A stretch of DNA of 64,000 bases from positions 124,001-188,000 of the forward strand of contig NMRA01000066.1 of assembly GCA_002633005.1 (NCBI GenBank), given 5' to 3'. Under the pieces are notes generated by a model, which worked only from the letters and a program-made list of their open reading frames with translations, made no database searches and had not been told where the DNA came from. Every line of letters starts with the position of its first letter. The stretch's first letter is position 1. Positions 22,601-33,114 of the stretch are shown piece by piece. Source of the stretch: Phoronis australis. Lineage: Eukaryota > Animalia > Phoronida. The position numbers and the translations under genes are program-made.

Positions 22601-25600
22601 TAATTGTTGTGGTGATAACTTGGATGTTTATAGCAGTTGTATCTTAAGGTTAAGGGGTACCTCAGTCAGTAATATGTTGTTCGTCAAGTGATGTATTAAT
22701 AATTGTGTCTTCTTGTGTAATGATGTTTTTGAGGTTATTTGTTGTTGGTGTTGCTTATTAGTTATGTTGAGTGCTGCTTTACTAATGTTGCTATTACCTT
22801 GTGACAGGCCATGTCACACAACTGCCTGTTATTGTTGACTATTTTGATTTTGTGGCATTTCACAAAAATCTTGAGTTGTGAAATAAGACAAGTTACCACT
22901 TCATGCTTTCTATGATAACGCTGTGGTCAGAATGGAGCTTATTGGTAACATTTTTCATTCTTATTTTATCTTTGTTTCAACTTGGCCATTTGGATCCGCC
23001 GGTAAAGCGCTCAGCATAGTTTCAAGTCATAGCCTTAACTAATAATAACCTGAAGTTGTTCACAGTGATATGTTAACAATATGTTAAATACAGTGTATTG
23101 ATATTGATTTACCAGAGAATTGACATGGTGCCTGAGCTGTTGAGCTCCAATCTGTGCTCTCTACGATCACGTGTCGACAGGTTCGCTTTCTCCGTGCTGT
23201 GGGAAATCGACTCAGAGGCTAACATTGTCAGCACCCAGTTCACAAAAAGTGTCATACAGTCCAGGGTACGGTAATTATCCTCATTGAAGTTGATCAAAAA
23301 TAGAATGTAGGATTTGTGTAAACGTCCCTTGAAAATGTGCTTTCTGTAGGACCCTAGAAAAAGTTCAAATTTAGCTAGCTTCGAAGCATTGTATCTCAGA
23401 GAGGATCGTCTGCATGAAACTTTCTGATATCATGCGTTGTGCAATTTTCTCCAAAACGCCATCAGGGATTGTTTTTAAAATGTTTCGCTGTTGCATGATG
23501 CGCTATCAAAAAACTAGGACTTCTATGATTTTTATGTAAAAAATCAAAAGTTGCATCAAATGAAATGATAATTTATGCGAGTATAATGGTGTTTTTGAGA
23601 TTTCATCTGGAACATTTATATCGAACAAAATTTGGTCTTTTGACTTGCTATTTATACCATCATTTTGCTAAATTTTACTAAAACATATGCTGAGATTGGT
23701 AGAAAGTCAAAAATCAAATTTTGCAGGCTTCTACTTTCAGAAAATGTGTACTTCTTCCGAGTTAAAGTTTACAGTTTTGTAGATATGTTCATAGATACAC
23801 ATACTTATATGTAGGCGTAGTTTGAGAACCAGTTTGATGCTTGTTATTCAGTGGAGAAAACTGGTTCTCAAAATGCGGGCATGTTATATCCGACTATTCA
23901 CCACTTGTTAAGATCCTCCCTAACATTAAGTACAGCTATTACTGCCTTCTCTAGGGCCAAAGGTCATTTACATGACATCACATTGCGACTGTGTTCCGTT
24001 TGTCTCTGTTTTAAACAAGTATTGGAATTTTTTCCAGGAATCATTCACATATGCCGAGGCTCAGATGGCAATAGATGACGGTAACCGCCATGATGATTTG
24101 GCCGTCGGTCTGAGAGGGTTGAACAGGCTCGCCAAGATATTGAAAAAGAGGCGTATAGAACAAGGGTAAGATGGGCAACATGGAATGGTCACGTAGTTCT
24201 GAGTTGTTACGGGGTCTGTGTTGTCAACTGTGGCCAGGCTGGCTTTTATTTTTTTTTAAAGAAATTCTGAAATTCGCGTTTGTGTAAAGGTGTCTCTAAA
24301 TACAGCAGCTAGCTAAAACATGTTGAATTGGGACCATTTTGGTGTGATGACTAAAAGTAGATGTTTAACTTGCTGTTTTAATTTTGATATTAGTTATCTT
24401 GAAAATCTCTTATATATGTTCTTGATATCTTGACATTTTTATGTATTCCTTTTGAAAGAAAAGTTTCTGACCTCAAAACAGTTACAGGTTTTCTTAACTT
24501 GAGTGATGTTTCCAATCTCACCTTTTCTTTGTGAGCAAACTTACATCTCGTCAAATGAGAGTGTGGCAGGACAATGTCATTTTGTGTTACAGTGCTCTAA
24601 CTCTAGCCTCCCCAGAGATAAGATTCCACATTGACAGTGAAACTCATGACCCTATAGATGTTGAAACTAAAGAGCTGAGGTAAGGAAGCCTGCCTATCTA
24701 TTTTCAAGTATTTATACTGTGCACGCGTGTATTTAGATTCTTGCCTCAAAACGTGATGTTGCACCTACATTCAGAATTTGGCACATAATTATGCTTTTGT
24801 GTAAAACTCTTGATGTGTGTGAAAAATTTCTAAGATATTGTGTAAGTGAAACTTGACCTTTCTGTAGACATTGGTGGGTATTCATTACACAAAGGCATGG
24901 TTTTGATCAAACGTTCCTAAATATAACATTACTGATTACTTTCTCAAATGCCAGCATAACCAACTGAAACAAATTGGAGGACAATTCTTCTGGGTTAAAT
25001 GCATCGTATTATATAGATTTCGTCTTGTCCTAAGGATGTGTCATAAGTTATATTTAGGAGGTTCTCCATATCACATGCATTGCAATTTCTAGGGAGACCA
25101 ACTCAATGGTTGAAGAATTCATGTTGCTTGCCAACATCTCTGTGGCTAAGAAGATCTACGAGGATTTCCCAGACTGTGCCGTGCTCCGACGTCATCCCTC
25201 ACCACCTCTGTCGAACTTTGACCCCCTTGTCAAGGCTGCACAGTCCAAAGTAAATTATCTCTTTTCTCTTGTTTTATGGATGTTAAGTGTTTCTTTTTTA
25301 CCTTTTGTAAATAGATACTCTTATTTGCACTGAAATGAATGGATTATTGGCTGTCTTCTTTATGCCATTGTTTGAGACAAATTTAGTGTTAAGACAGATA
25401 TCTATCCAACTGTTATTTATAAGCTATCTATTAAGTGATAACCTGATTTTATCTTTGTAATCTTAAACATGGAAAGCAACCAACTCTCTTCTGGGTATTT
25501 CATATTTGATATAATTGAAACGTCTGACGTGGTGAAACATACTTTAGTATCTTTGTGATGTTGCTTCGTCTCTTCAACCTTAAACAAGCTTTCCTGTGTT

Positions 25601-28600
25601 TACAGGGATTCGAACTGGACGTTTCTGGTGGCAAGGCCTTGGCCCTATCCCTGGAGAGTGCGGTCATCCAGGATGACCCCTACTTCAATACCATGCTACG
25701 TATACAGGCCACACGGTGTATGATGCAAGCAGTGTACTTCTCCAGTGGCACAATACCAGAGCCAGACTTTGTGCACTATGGGTTGGCCACGCCCATTTAT
25801 ACTCACTTTACCTCCCCCATAAGAAGGTGAGAATGTCAGTCGTAGACAGGCCACACCCAGTTATTCATGATAAATCCTCTGTGATGGTGGCAATTTCAGT
25901 CTGGCCACTCCCATTTCTGAACTGAAGGATTATCACAACTTGGCCATAATCATTTATACATAAACATCATGTCCCCTTTTCAAAATGAGTTTCTAATGGA
26001 CAACGAGCCTGCTCACAGAAATGTCAATAGAAAATCTGCAATTTGTGCCATGGTTTATGGTTTGCCTCCTTGAAATCATCTCAGTCTCATGATTGACTCC
26101 CAGGTTTCCTCTGTTAGAAGGTGAGGCTGTCAATTACACTACATGACGAAGGCAAGTAGACAAAAAAACTTTCTTCATCATGGTGGGGCTAATTCTGTCA
26201 GCAACAAAAATGACTGCTAATAACTACAAGGACAGCCAAATTCTAATTACAAAGCGGATTAGCCACTTTACTTAACTTTCCTGCTAAATCCCATTCATTC
26301 TCTGTCATGAAGGAAGACTACTGTGAGAAATTCAGCTTCTGATCAGCCATCGTGAATGGGGAATTCTGGGTCAGTTTGTCTGCATACTTTTGGCATGTAC
26401 TGTAGTATGATTTGAATACAAGATGCTAATGAAAGCATTTTCTCTATTGAGCAAGCTGAAAATCTAAAATCAAAGCTAAAACTAGTTCCTTCACCCCTAC
26501 TTTGTCCATCTCAAAATTTTACCATTAAAATATTTCCCATCTATAAAAAGCATCCAAGGTGTTTACAAATAACAATGTCCCCCAAAAAATCATAGCGCTG
26601 ACCAGCCCTTCCAAATTTTTGACTGCTTAAGTTAGTCTCAGGTTATCTGTCAATTCTGTTTGAATGTCGACGGCCTCATGGCAACCCAATTTTTAGGTCC
26701 AGATTGAGGGCAGCCTTAATGAGCACATTTTTTAGTTCTGCATCTAAGCACTTAGTTGTAAGGATTTGCAACTTTTAAATTAAGATTTGCTGTCTTGCTT
26801 TCTAGAGAGTTCCGTTTTTTGTCATTGTGACATCCTGCAGGACATATAAGGTAAAATGCTGGCTAATTAATTTTGCAACTGCAGACCATGAGCATTGGTT
26901 TCTTGGCAGATACTCTGATGTCATGGTCCACAGGCTTCTGGCTGTTGCCATTGGTGCCGACTCCTCCTACCCAGATTTACTGGACAAGATCAAGTCAGAG
27001 GCACTGTGCCAGAACCTCAACTTCCGTCACCGCATGGCACAGTATGCGGGGAGGGCCTCTGTTGGGCTGCACACTCAGGTATTTTGATGATGTGGCCCAG
27101 AATATAACTTGAAGTCTTGCGTTTTGCTCAACTATGTTCTAGACTGTGATTCATTTGGTCATCAGTGTTTGCTGTGTTCTCTTCATCTGTATACTAGGTT
27201 AAAGCTGCTTGCTTTTCCCAGAATTCTTGGTGTTATCTCTAACACTCCTGGTTGTCTTGGAGAGTAGTTTGTTTATGTTTTACCACTACTTTCCTCATCA
27301 TGACTGTGACCGTTAAATGAAGAGTCGGGTCAAAGATAGAAAACTTTATCGATACACGTGAACATCATCACAGATTGTACCCAAAAAGAAGAACTAAATT
27401 AAACAATTACGTTACAAAATACACAAATTGCTTACCTCACTTAACAGGAAATTCCACAAAAATACAGCCACACCTTTGATCCGATAACAACACTCTCCAC
27501 CACCACAACCTCCCCTTCTAAGTCTTGCATAACACTGTCAGTCCACGATCCAATAACATAGATAGCAAATAATGCAAATAAATCATGAGATTATAAAAAG
27601 TTATTCATATCAGCTCCATTCAATTCATTCAATTCTCTGTTAGGCTATGAGCACAACAGAGGTAGAAGCACTCTGTGACACTCTCCAAGGTGCCCACAGA
27701 AAGCACCGAATTTACAACAGTTGGAAAACTTTATGAATTAGAAATCTGACCCCAGATCAGTCCAGTTTATATATAATCTCTTGTTGTACTCTTTCAACCT
27801 AAATTCTAATTTCTGTAGAATTTTCAAAATGTTTTTTGAATTTCTAGTTAGTGATTCAAGAAAATGGCTGCCACAGTTGAACTTCAAGGAACTTCACTTT
27901 TTGGGAAGTGCAAATACATTGAGTACTGCAATGGATAAAATGTTCTAATTTTAGTGATATCGTCTGTAATTAGGGGGTTGCAACGTCTCATTATACTTAG
28001 TTGCTATTTTCAGATCTTTTTCAAAAACCGAGTGGTTGATGAAGAAGGCTATGTTCTTTTTGTGCGCAAGAATGCCTTACAAGTGTTAATACCCAAGTAT
28101 GGTCTGGAGGGTACAGTGTTCGTCAGTGAGTCGAACAAAACAAAGGGACCATTCACCTATAATGAGGCGGTGAGTTAAACCTTTGATTAAGTCTTGAAGC
28201 CGCTGTAAAGGGCCGTTTCACCGAAGAAACTATCTGTTGATTTAGATCACACGCTGCTTTCAATATTATCTCAATTTGTGCTGAGCTCAGACGAGACATG
28301 GTTTCTGGGCATTAGAGATAACAGTTATCGCTTTACAGTGTGCTCAGTGCATAAAATAACCTGCGTGATGAACCAACTCGTAGAATCTTGTTCTTGAGTA
28401 ATGACGAACTGCCAGTTCTTCCTAAGCCTAAAATCACGTCTAATTTGACTAATTAACGACTTGAGGCTAATTTCATGACTGTAATTGATCTAAAACAAGT
28501 TAGTGTGTTTGTTTGACAAAGGCAGGCGTACCATAGCAAGCTTTATGGGATTTACATCATGAGTGTAGGCCTTACCAGAGCTTGTGATCAGTATTTGATT

Positions 28601-29779
28601 ACCCTGATCATATGCACAGGCTTTACATTTCATCCTTTGTCAATGCAACTTTTGTTATAAAAGAATTAGTTGAATCATTGCAATATCATAAAATAATGTT
28701 CAAGGTAAACTCTCACAAATGCTCTTATGGTTTTTACTGAATTATCGATTTGTTTCTATCTTATGTAAATTTTGATTTTTATCATAAAATTCATAAAAGT
28801 TCTATTTTTAAAACTCCTGTTACAAAAATGAATCATTTCAAAAATCAATTCCTAGCAGGAGAACAGTCCATGAAACAAGTTTCATTTGAGTCCTATCAGT
28901 CATTTTTGTGATATGATGTTCTGAATTTGGTCAAATTTGGACATTTTTATGAGGATTCACAAAGCATAGTCTTAAAGCCATCATCCTCTTAATCCTTGTT
29001 TTCAGGAGGGCAGCCAGGTGGCAGGCGCAGTCTCCTTAAAAGTGTTCAGTCGTGTCGTTGTACAGATCAGTATTGATTCTTCAGACATCCAACATCAGAA
29101 GCTGGCTCTGAAGTTGGTCAAACCTGAGGCTAGTATTTTCTACTAAGTGTACTTAGTACTGTTATTGTCAAAGATATCAGCAATAGGTGTGTTTAAACAA
29201 TTAGAACTTTCAATCCATTTTGAAAGCTACAATGTATTGACCTTCAGTGTTATTTGATGTCAAAAATTCAGTTTCGACCACTTTCTGTGTAGATTGATCT
29301 CAAGTTGCACCTCTCTCAGGTTAGAAATGATTTCATGTCCTGTGAAGCTCCCAAATCATTGCTACAGCTGTAGAGTGGACTCAATAAATTGGATTTAGAA
29401 GCCATCATTTTATGTGTCAGAAGCACTTATATGATGTCTGTCCATCATATAGGATCTGTCTTGTTCTCTGACCAAACACCAAGTTGTAGATGAAGTTCTA
29501 ATTTGGTTTGTTGGAACTAGGAATGTCGCATCCCTGCCCCAGTTTCCAGAGCCAACTTTGCATTTTGGCCGTATAGTACATGCAGCTTAAAGAGAAATGG
29601 CGGATATTGTGTATAACTGCTTTAGAAATATCAAGTGATAATCTTTGGGAGGGAGGTTGTGTGTGTGTGTTATTTGTAACTGTCAAAAATCTTGATTACA
29701 GGTGCCTGGATTCAGTGTTCTACCCTGCCACAAGCTAGACTGCCCTGAACCACCGACTAAGAAACAGAAGAAAGTGTAG
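10577..29779 (+). CDS. DIS3: Exosome complex exonuclease RRP44/DIS3, complete spliced CDS (20 coding exons, 2832 nt, 943 aa)
   Basis: Starts [32 protein letters not shown]. Contains the CR3 cysteines, PIN motifs ([18 protein letters not shown]), RNB motifs ([54 protein letters not shown]), the S1 region and a basic C-terminal tail. All exon phases are compatible. Confidence 0.97.
10684..11392. mobile_element. Fold-back/MITE element with ~295 bp inverted arms in DIS3 intron 1
   Basis: 10684-10979 is the reverse complement of 11100-11392 with scattered mismatches; no clear TSD seen. Confidence 0.85.
11503..12198. mobile_element. Second, more diverged fold-back/MITE (~200 bp arms) in DIS3 intron 1
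   Basis: ~11503-11702 is inverted relative to ~12011-12198 (e.g. GGTGATTCCAAAATGTATT / AATACATTTTTGGAATCACC; TGCGACACCTCTCGGCAGGA / TCCTGCCGAAAGGTGTCGCA). Confidence 0.75.
12232..12400 (+). mobile_element. Decayed tRNA-derived SINE-like element
   Basis: A-box-like TAGCCTAATGG and B-box-like GGTTTGATTC at tRNA spacing, with no intact cloverleaf. Followed by a hammerhead-like motif. Confidence 0.5.
12622..12800 (+). CDS. DIS3: DIS3 coding exon 2
   Basis: [18 protein letters not shown]...PDTNVVLHQ; AG/GT boundaries. Confidence 0.95.
13901..14041. repeat. 47-bp tandem repeat x3, probably within a SINE fragment
   Basis: GGTGTGCGCTGACAACGGGTGTAACCATCGTATGCTCCCAGAGAGTT repeated three times with few substitutions. 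Confidence 0.9.
14362..14519 (+). CDS. DIS3: DIS3 coding exon 3
   Basis: [26 protein letters not shown]...VNEHH; AG/GT boundaries. Confidence 0.93.
15216..15397 (+). CDS. DIS3: DIS3 coding exon 4
   Basis: [13 protein letters not shown]...VLITND; AG/GT boundaries. Confidence 0.95.
16062..16135 (+). CDS. DIS3: DIS3 coding exon 5
   Basis: [18 protein letters not shown]; AG/GT boundaries, phase 1-0. Confidence 0.88.
16462..16620 (+). CDS. DIS3: DIS3 coding exon 6
   Basis: [34 protein letters not shown]; AG/GT boundaries. Confidence 0.93.
17875..18024 (+). CDS. DIS3: DIS3 coding exon 7
   Basis: [28 protein letters not shown]; AG/GT boundaries. Confidence 0.92.
18468..18532. repeat. 18-bp minisatellite x~3.6
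   Basis: ATAAAATGACAC(A/G)TC(T/C)(T/A)G units. Confidence 0.9.
18836..18952 (+). CDS. DIS3: DIS3 coding exon 8
   Basis: [19 protein letters not shown]; AG/GT boundaries. Confidence 0.92.
19513..19650 (+). CDS. DIS3: DIS3 coding exon 9
   Basis: [19 protein letters not shown]...WPRHSRYPQ; AG/GT boundaries. Confidence 0.95.
20246..20392 (+). CDS. DIS3: DIS3 coding exon 10
   Basis: [28 protein letters not shown]; AG/GT boundaries. Confidence 0.95.
21293..21511 (+). CDS. DIS3: DIS3 coding exon 11 (RNB active site)
   Basis: [16 protein letters not shown]...[11 protein letters not shown]; AG/GT boundaries. Confidence 0.96.
23116..23265 (+). CDS. DIS3: DIS3 coding exon 12
   Basis: [26 protein letters not shown]; AG/GT boundaries. 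Confidence 0.95.
24038..24165 (+). CDS. DIS3: DIS3 coding exon 13
   Basis: FTYAEAQ...[13 protein letters not shown]; AG/GT boundaries. Confidence 0.95.
24593..24679 (+). CDS. DIS3: DIS3 coding exon 14
   Basis: [28 protein letters not shown]; AG/GT boundaries. Confidence 0.93.
25093..25249 (+). CDS. DIS3: DIS3 coding exon 15
   Basis: [18 protein letters not shown]...LRRHP; AG/GT boundaries. Confidence 0.95.
25606..25826 (+). CDS. DIS3: DIS3 coding exon 16
   Basis: [11 protein letters not shown]...[17 protein letters not shown]; AG/GT boundaries. Confidence 0.96.
26910..27078 (+). CDS. DIS3: DIS3 coding exon 17
   Basis: [11 protein letters not shown]...[15 protein letters not shown]; AG/GT boundaries. 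Confidence 0.95.
27330..27700 (-). mobile_element. Possible decayed LINE 3' end in a DIS3 intron
   Basis: The minus strand has a stop-interrupted frame resembling a LINE ORF2 C-terminus, followed by a T-rich UTR-like tail. Confidence 0.3.
28014..28169 (+). CDS. DIS3: DIS3 coding exon 18 (S1 region)
   Basis: [24 protein letters not shown]; AG/GT boundaries. Confidence 0.95.
29006..29128 (+). CDS. DIS3: DIS3 coding exon 19
   Basis: [29 protein letters not shown]; AG acceptor, GC donor (GAG|GCTAGT). Confidence 0.88.
29702..29779 (+). CDS. DIS3: DIS3 coding exon 20 (basic NLS-like tail)
   Basis: ttacag acceptor; [25 protein letters not shown], matching the IPG...KKKK tail of animal DIS3. Confidence 0.88.
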   Translation: MPGFSVLPCHKLDCPEPPTKKQKKV

Positions 29780-30305
29780 ACAACCTGTTAAGTTATGAAC
29801 AGGGGACAGTCACAGTTAAAGCATAACAGATGTTGTGTTAGAACTTTTATCAAAGCATTCATAATGGAAACTTTTGATATTTTCGGGACTATTTTCGATA
29901 GAATTGATTGATGTTATTGTTTCGTGAGAGCCACTTGACAGAATGAATTAGTTCCATGTCCAAACACTTGGTGGTGTCTTTTAACTTGAGAATTTTTTGA
30001 AAATGAGAGCCACTTTTCAGAAAATGTTAGTAATTCATGTACAGCAATTCGTGAAAGCGAAAGTTAGATTGTGTTGTTTTGACACCGTAAGACTGTTGAT
30101 GGTTTTACACAGAGGCACAAAAAGGAACAGTTGAATAACTTGGTTTATGCTTAGATGTGAGAAATTCATGTTGTGAAAGAGGGATGTTCTGCATGTAAGA
30201 TGAACACAAAATATGCGCTGCTGTCAGTTAGCACTCAACTTCAAAAGCCATTTCTCACATAGTAATGGGAGTGAAGTGAAGTCGGAATACTATGAAACTT
30301 GGAGC

Positions 30306-30311
30306 AATAAA
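30306..30311 (+). terminator. Probable DIS3 polyadenylation signal
   Basis: AATAAA about 530 nt after the stop, followed by T-rich sequence. Confidence 0.55.
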
Positions 30312-30837
30312 AACGTGGTGTCCTAATTTTCATGTTAATCATTTTCAGTTTAATGATCTTGGGTCATTTTGATTTTGTACGAGTCGCGTAAACAACTTTG
30401 AGAGAGGGGGAGGGTGTAGAGAGGGGGAGAGAGTCTTGCAAGGCCTCATCCACTGTCACTTTAGTGTGAGGCTGGAGTGGGTTTCAGTCCCCGCTGAGAC
30501 AGCCTCTTGCCAGTGTGACATACATCATCATGTTTCACACATATTGTTGACCAAGCTGACGACAATGTATGCAGAGTGGACTATAATTATACTCTCAACA
30601 CCAAAAATACTTTAGCTGTAAGTGAATGCTTGAAAGGTTGTCAGCTAATAGCAAACTGGGCAAACCAGTAACCATTTTAGTATTGTAAAGAATTAGACAA
30701 CAACCAACACGTGAAATTCCAGTGGGCCAGGCACGAAAACGAGGCAGCACTGAATGTGCCTGAGGATTTTCACGGCGTTGTAGGTAAATACAGTGAGATT
30801 CGCGTGTCGCTGTGTAATCTAGGACGGTCCTGTTTAC

Positions 30838-31490
30838 CAATATTCCTACTTCATATCCTTTTAAATATGGAAGTAGGTACTCCTTTTTCCGTGTTCGTAA
30901 GACATGCGGCAATTTCGCATGCGCATGAAATCCGGGCAGTGCATCTTATTTTAATGACCAAAGTATCGTTTACTTACCAGTGTAAAAGTATAAAAATTAC
31001 ACCCGAGTTCGAAATTTTAGAAATTTTTGGAGTAATGAACCTTCAGAGCAGTGAACCTTCAGAATAGTGGCATGTTTCCATTTCCATCGATGTAACCAAC
31101 TTAAGTAACTCGCAAAACACAATGAAATAAAAAATTTCAAGTCATTCTCCGACTAAATATTTCCGTCCGAGTATGTAATGAAGTGCAATCACGCCTGATT
31201 TGAAAGTTTGGCAGGAGGGAACGCGAGAACGTTCTCTTTCTGGACCACATCTACGAATTTGACTCCCATTCTTTGCGAGCAACTGTCACGGCATCCTCGT
31301 TTCTGGTGTTACGAATTCCGTCTAACCTCATAGAGATGAGATGAAAGTCACCGTTGTTTAGGCCTATACAGATTTCCTTCTACCTGATAAGCTGCGTCAA
31401 GGGCCTTACAGAAAAGTACTGTGTCGACGTTTGCAAAGGTACGTCGTTCTAGAAATTCGAACCACCGCCCGCGCAATGCTGGCTACGGGC
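30838..31490 (+). mobile_element. Dispersed repeat (right part of a hAT-like non-autonomous element), paralogous to 56071-56711
   Basis: Colinear similarity over ~630 bp with 56071-56711. Ends in CTGGCTACGGGC, the reverse complement of the terminus at 54551. Confidence 0.75.
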
Positions 31491-32260
31491 GACACCAGTA
31501 TGTGAATGCGAGGAACCAGTAATGGCCGGCTCGTCTGGACTCGGAAACTTTCAGATTATTCATGAACTGAGTTTTAATGCTTTGGGATCTAGGCTTTGCT
31601 GTTCAACTGGTGCTGGAGTGCTTGGAGACAGCAATAACTTACGAACGCAACTGAAATAATTTAAAGGCTCCGGCGTATTTTTTGTATCGAAGACTATTAT
31701 ATAAATTACTGTCATTAACTATGCATGGATTTCAGCGACCAACCTTGTGAAGTAGGCCTACAGCACTTTTAATCGAATATCCAGTGATCGGATTTGTCCG
31801 GTCCGTTTAAAATACACGGGATCAGATTAGCACAGAAAGCGTTGCAGGAGTATTGAAGAACCTAGATAGCCTGCGGGGGCTACTTGCTAACACGGTATAA
31901 CAGGCCTTACCCTCCCGTTCACTTGGACCTACATGGCACGCATACATTGGCTTAGTTTACTCTAACAAGGTGGTGGACGAAACTGAGAACTAAAAATTCT
32001 CAATCGAGTCATAACTTCACGAAAGCTGAGACTACAAAATGAGATGATTAGTGGACAAGCTGGACGTCTCGACTCTCGGTCATTTAGAGTCAGTACTAAG
32101 ACTTTTCAACGGAGTACAACCAATACCTTGGGCTCGCTCTCCATTTTAAACTTCCCGGATGTGCGTGAACTTAGAATTTTGCTTAATATCAAGATCGCGT
32201 ATGTGTTAACTTGGAATTAAATATCAATTGATTTTTTGTCCATTCTAAAGAATTTTTATC

Positions 32261-33114
32261 GGTAAATAAAACAACATGAATGGATCAACTGAAATTTGAA
32301 ATTTTCGGATGTAATAACTTCCTTTATCAACAAAAACAGAAATAAAGTAAAATCAAACACTATATGACAATTGACATGTAACATATGGTGTAATGAGGGG
32401 AAATATGCAGCGTAAACCTATTTCCTCATCCACCTATAATTTCTTGGAGAAAATGTAAAAATCTAAACAATTATTTAGTTAAAGCTAATATCGACAATAT
32501 ACACCGAACTGACAAACCTATTGGCAACACACAATGTAACAAAACTAGGTGTAAAATGTGTAACTTTATCAACGATAGCACTTTTTTCCAGTCTTCCCAA
32601 ACCAATGAATACTTTGAAATAAAACATTATTCTGATTGCACCACCAACAATATTATTTACCTTATAACTTGTAAAAAATGTTCTATCCAATACGTAGGAC
32701 AAACTCAACATAATCTACAAACTCGGTTCCGTAGTCATAGATTTAACATAATACATAAAAACATTTCTGATACTATAGGTAATCATTTCAATTCCAAAAA
32801 ACCATAATATTCAAGATCTTTCTGTACAAATAATAGAAAAACTCCAACACCCTAGTACCCCTCACAGACTCAAAAGAGGATAGACAAGCTCAATGCAATA
32901 GAATCTCATGGATTGAACATAAAAACTTCTTAAAATATGCCATTCAATTTTTTACGCAAAAATGTATCATACTCATTACACCATATGTTACATGTCAATT
33001 GTCATATAGTATTTGATTTTACTTTATTTCTGTTTCTGTTTCTGTTGACAAAAGAAGTTATTACATCCGAAAATTTCAAATTTCAGTTGATCCATTCTTG
33101 TTGTTTTATTTACC
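32261..33114 (+). mobile_element. Penelope-like retroelement remnant: GIY-YIG endonuclease fragment between inverted pLTR copies
   Basis: Reads LFPHPPIISWRKCKNLNNYLVKA...CNKTRCKMC...NIIYLITCKKCSIQYVGQT...RFRSHR...IGNHFN, then frameshifted IDKLNAIESHGLN. 32261-32397 is the reverse complement of 32972-33114. Confidence 0.9.
32400..32933 (+). pseudogene. Frameshifted Penelope GIY-YIG endonuclease coding remnant
   Basis: IYLITC...YVGQT GIY-YIG motif, CxxxRCxxC linker, terminal GLN motif; frameshifts after ~32800. Confidence 0.85.

Noticed and set aside
28363-28440. Intronic C/D snoRNA candidate (GTGATGA box with flanking stem)
   Set aside because: No terminal CTGA D box at suitable spacing.
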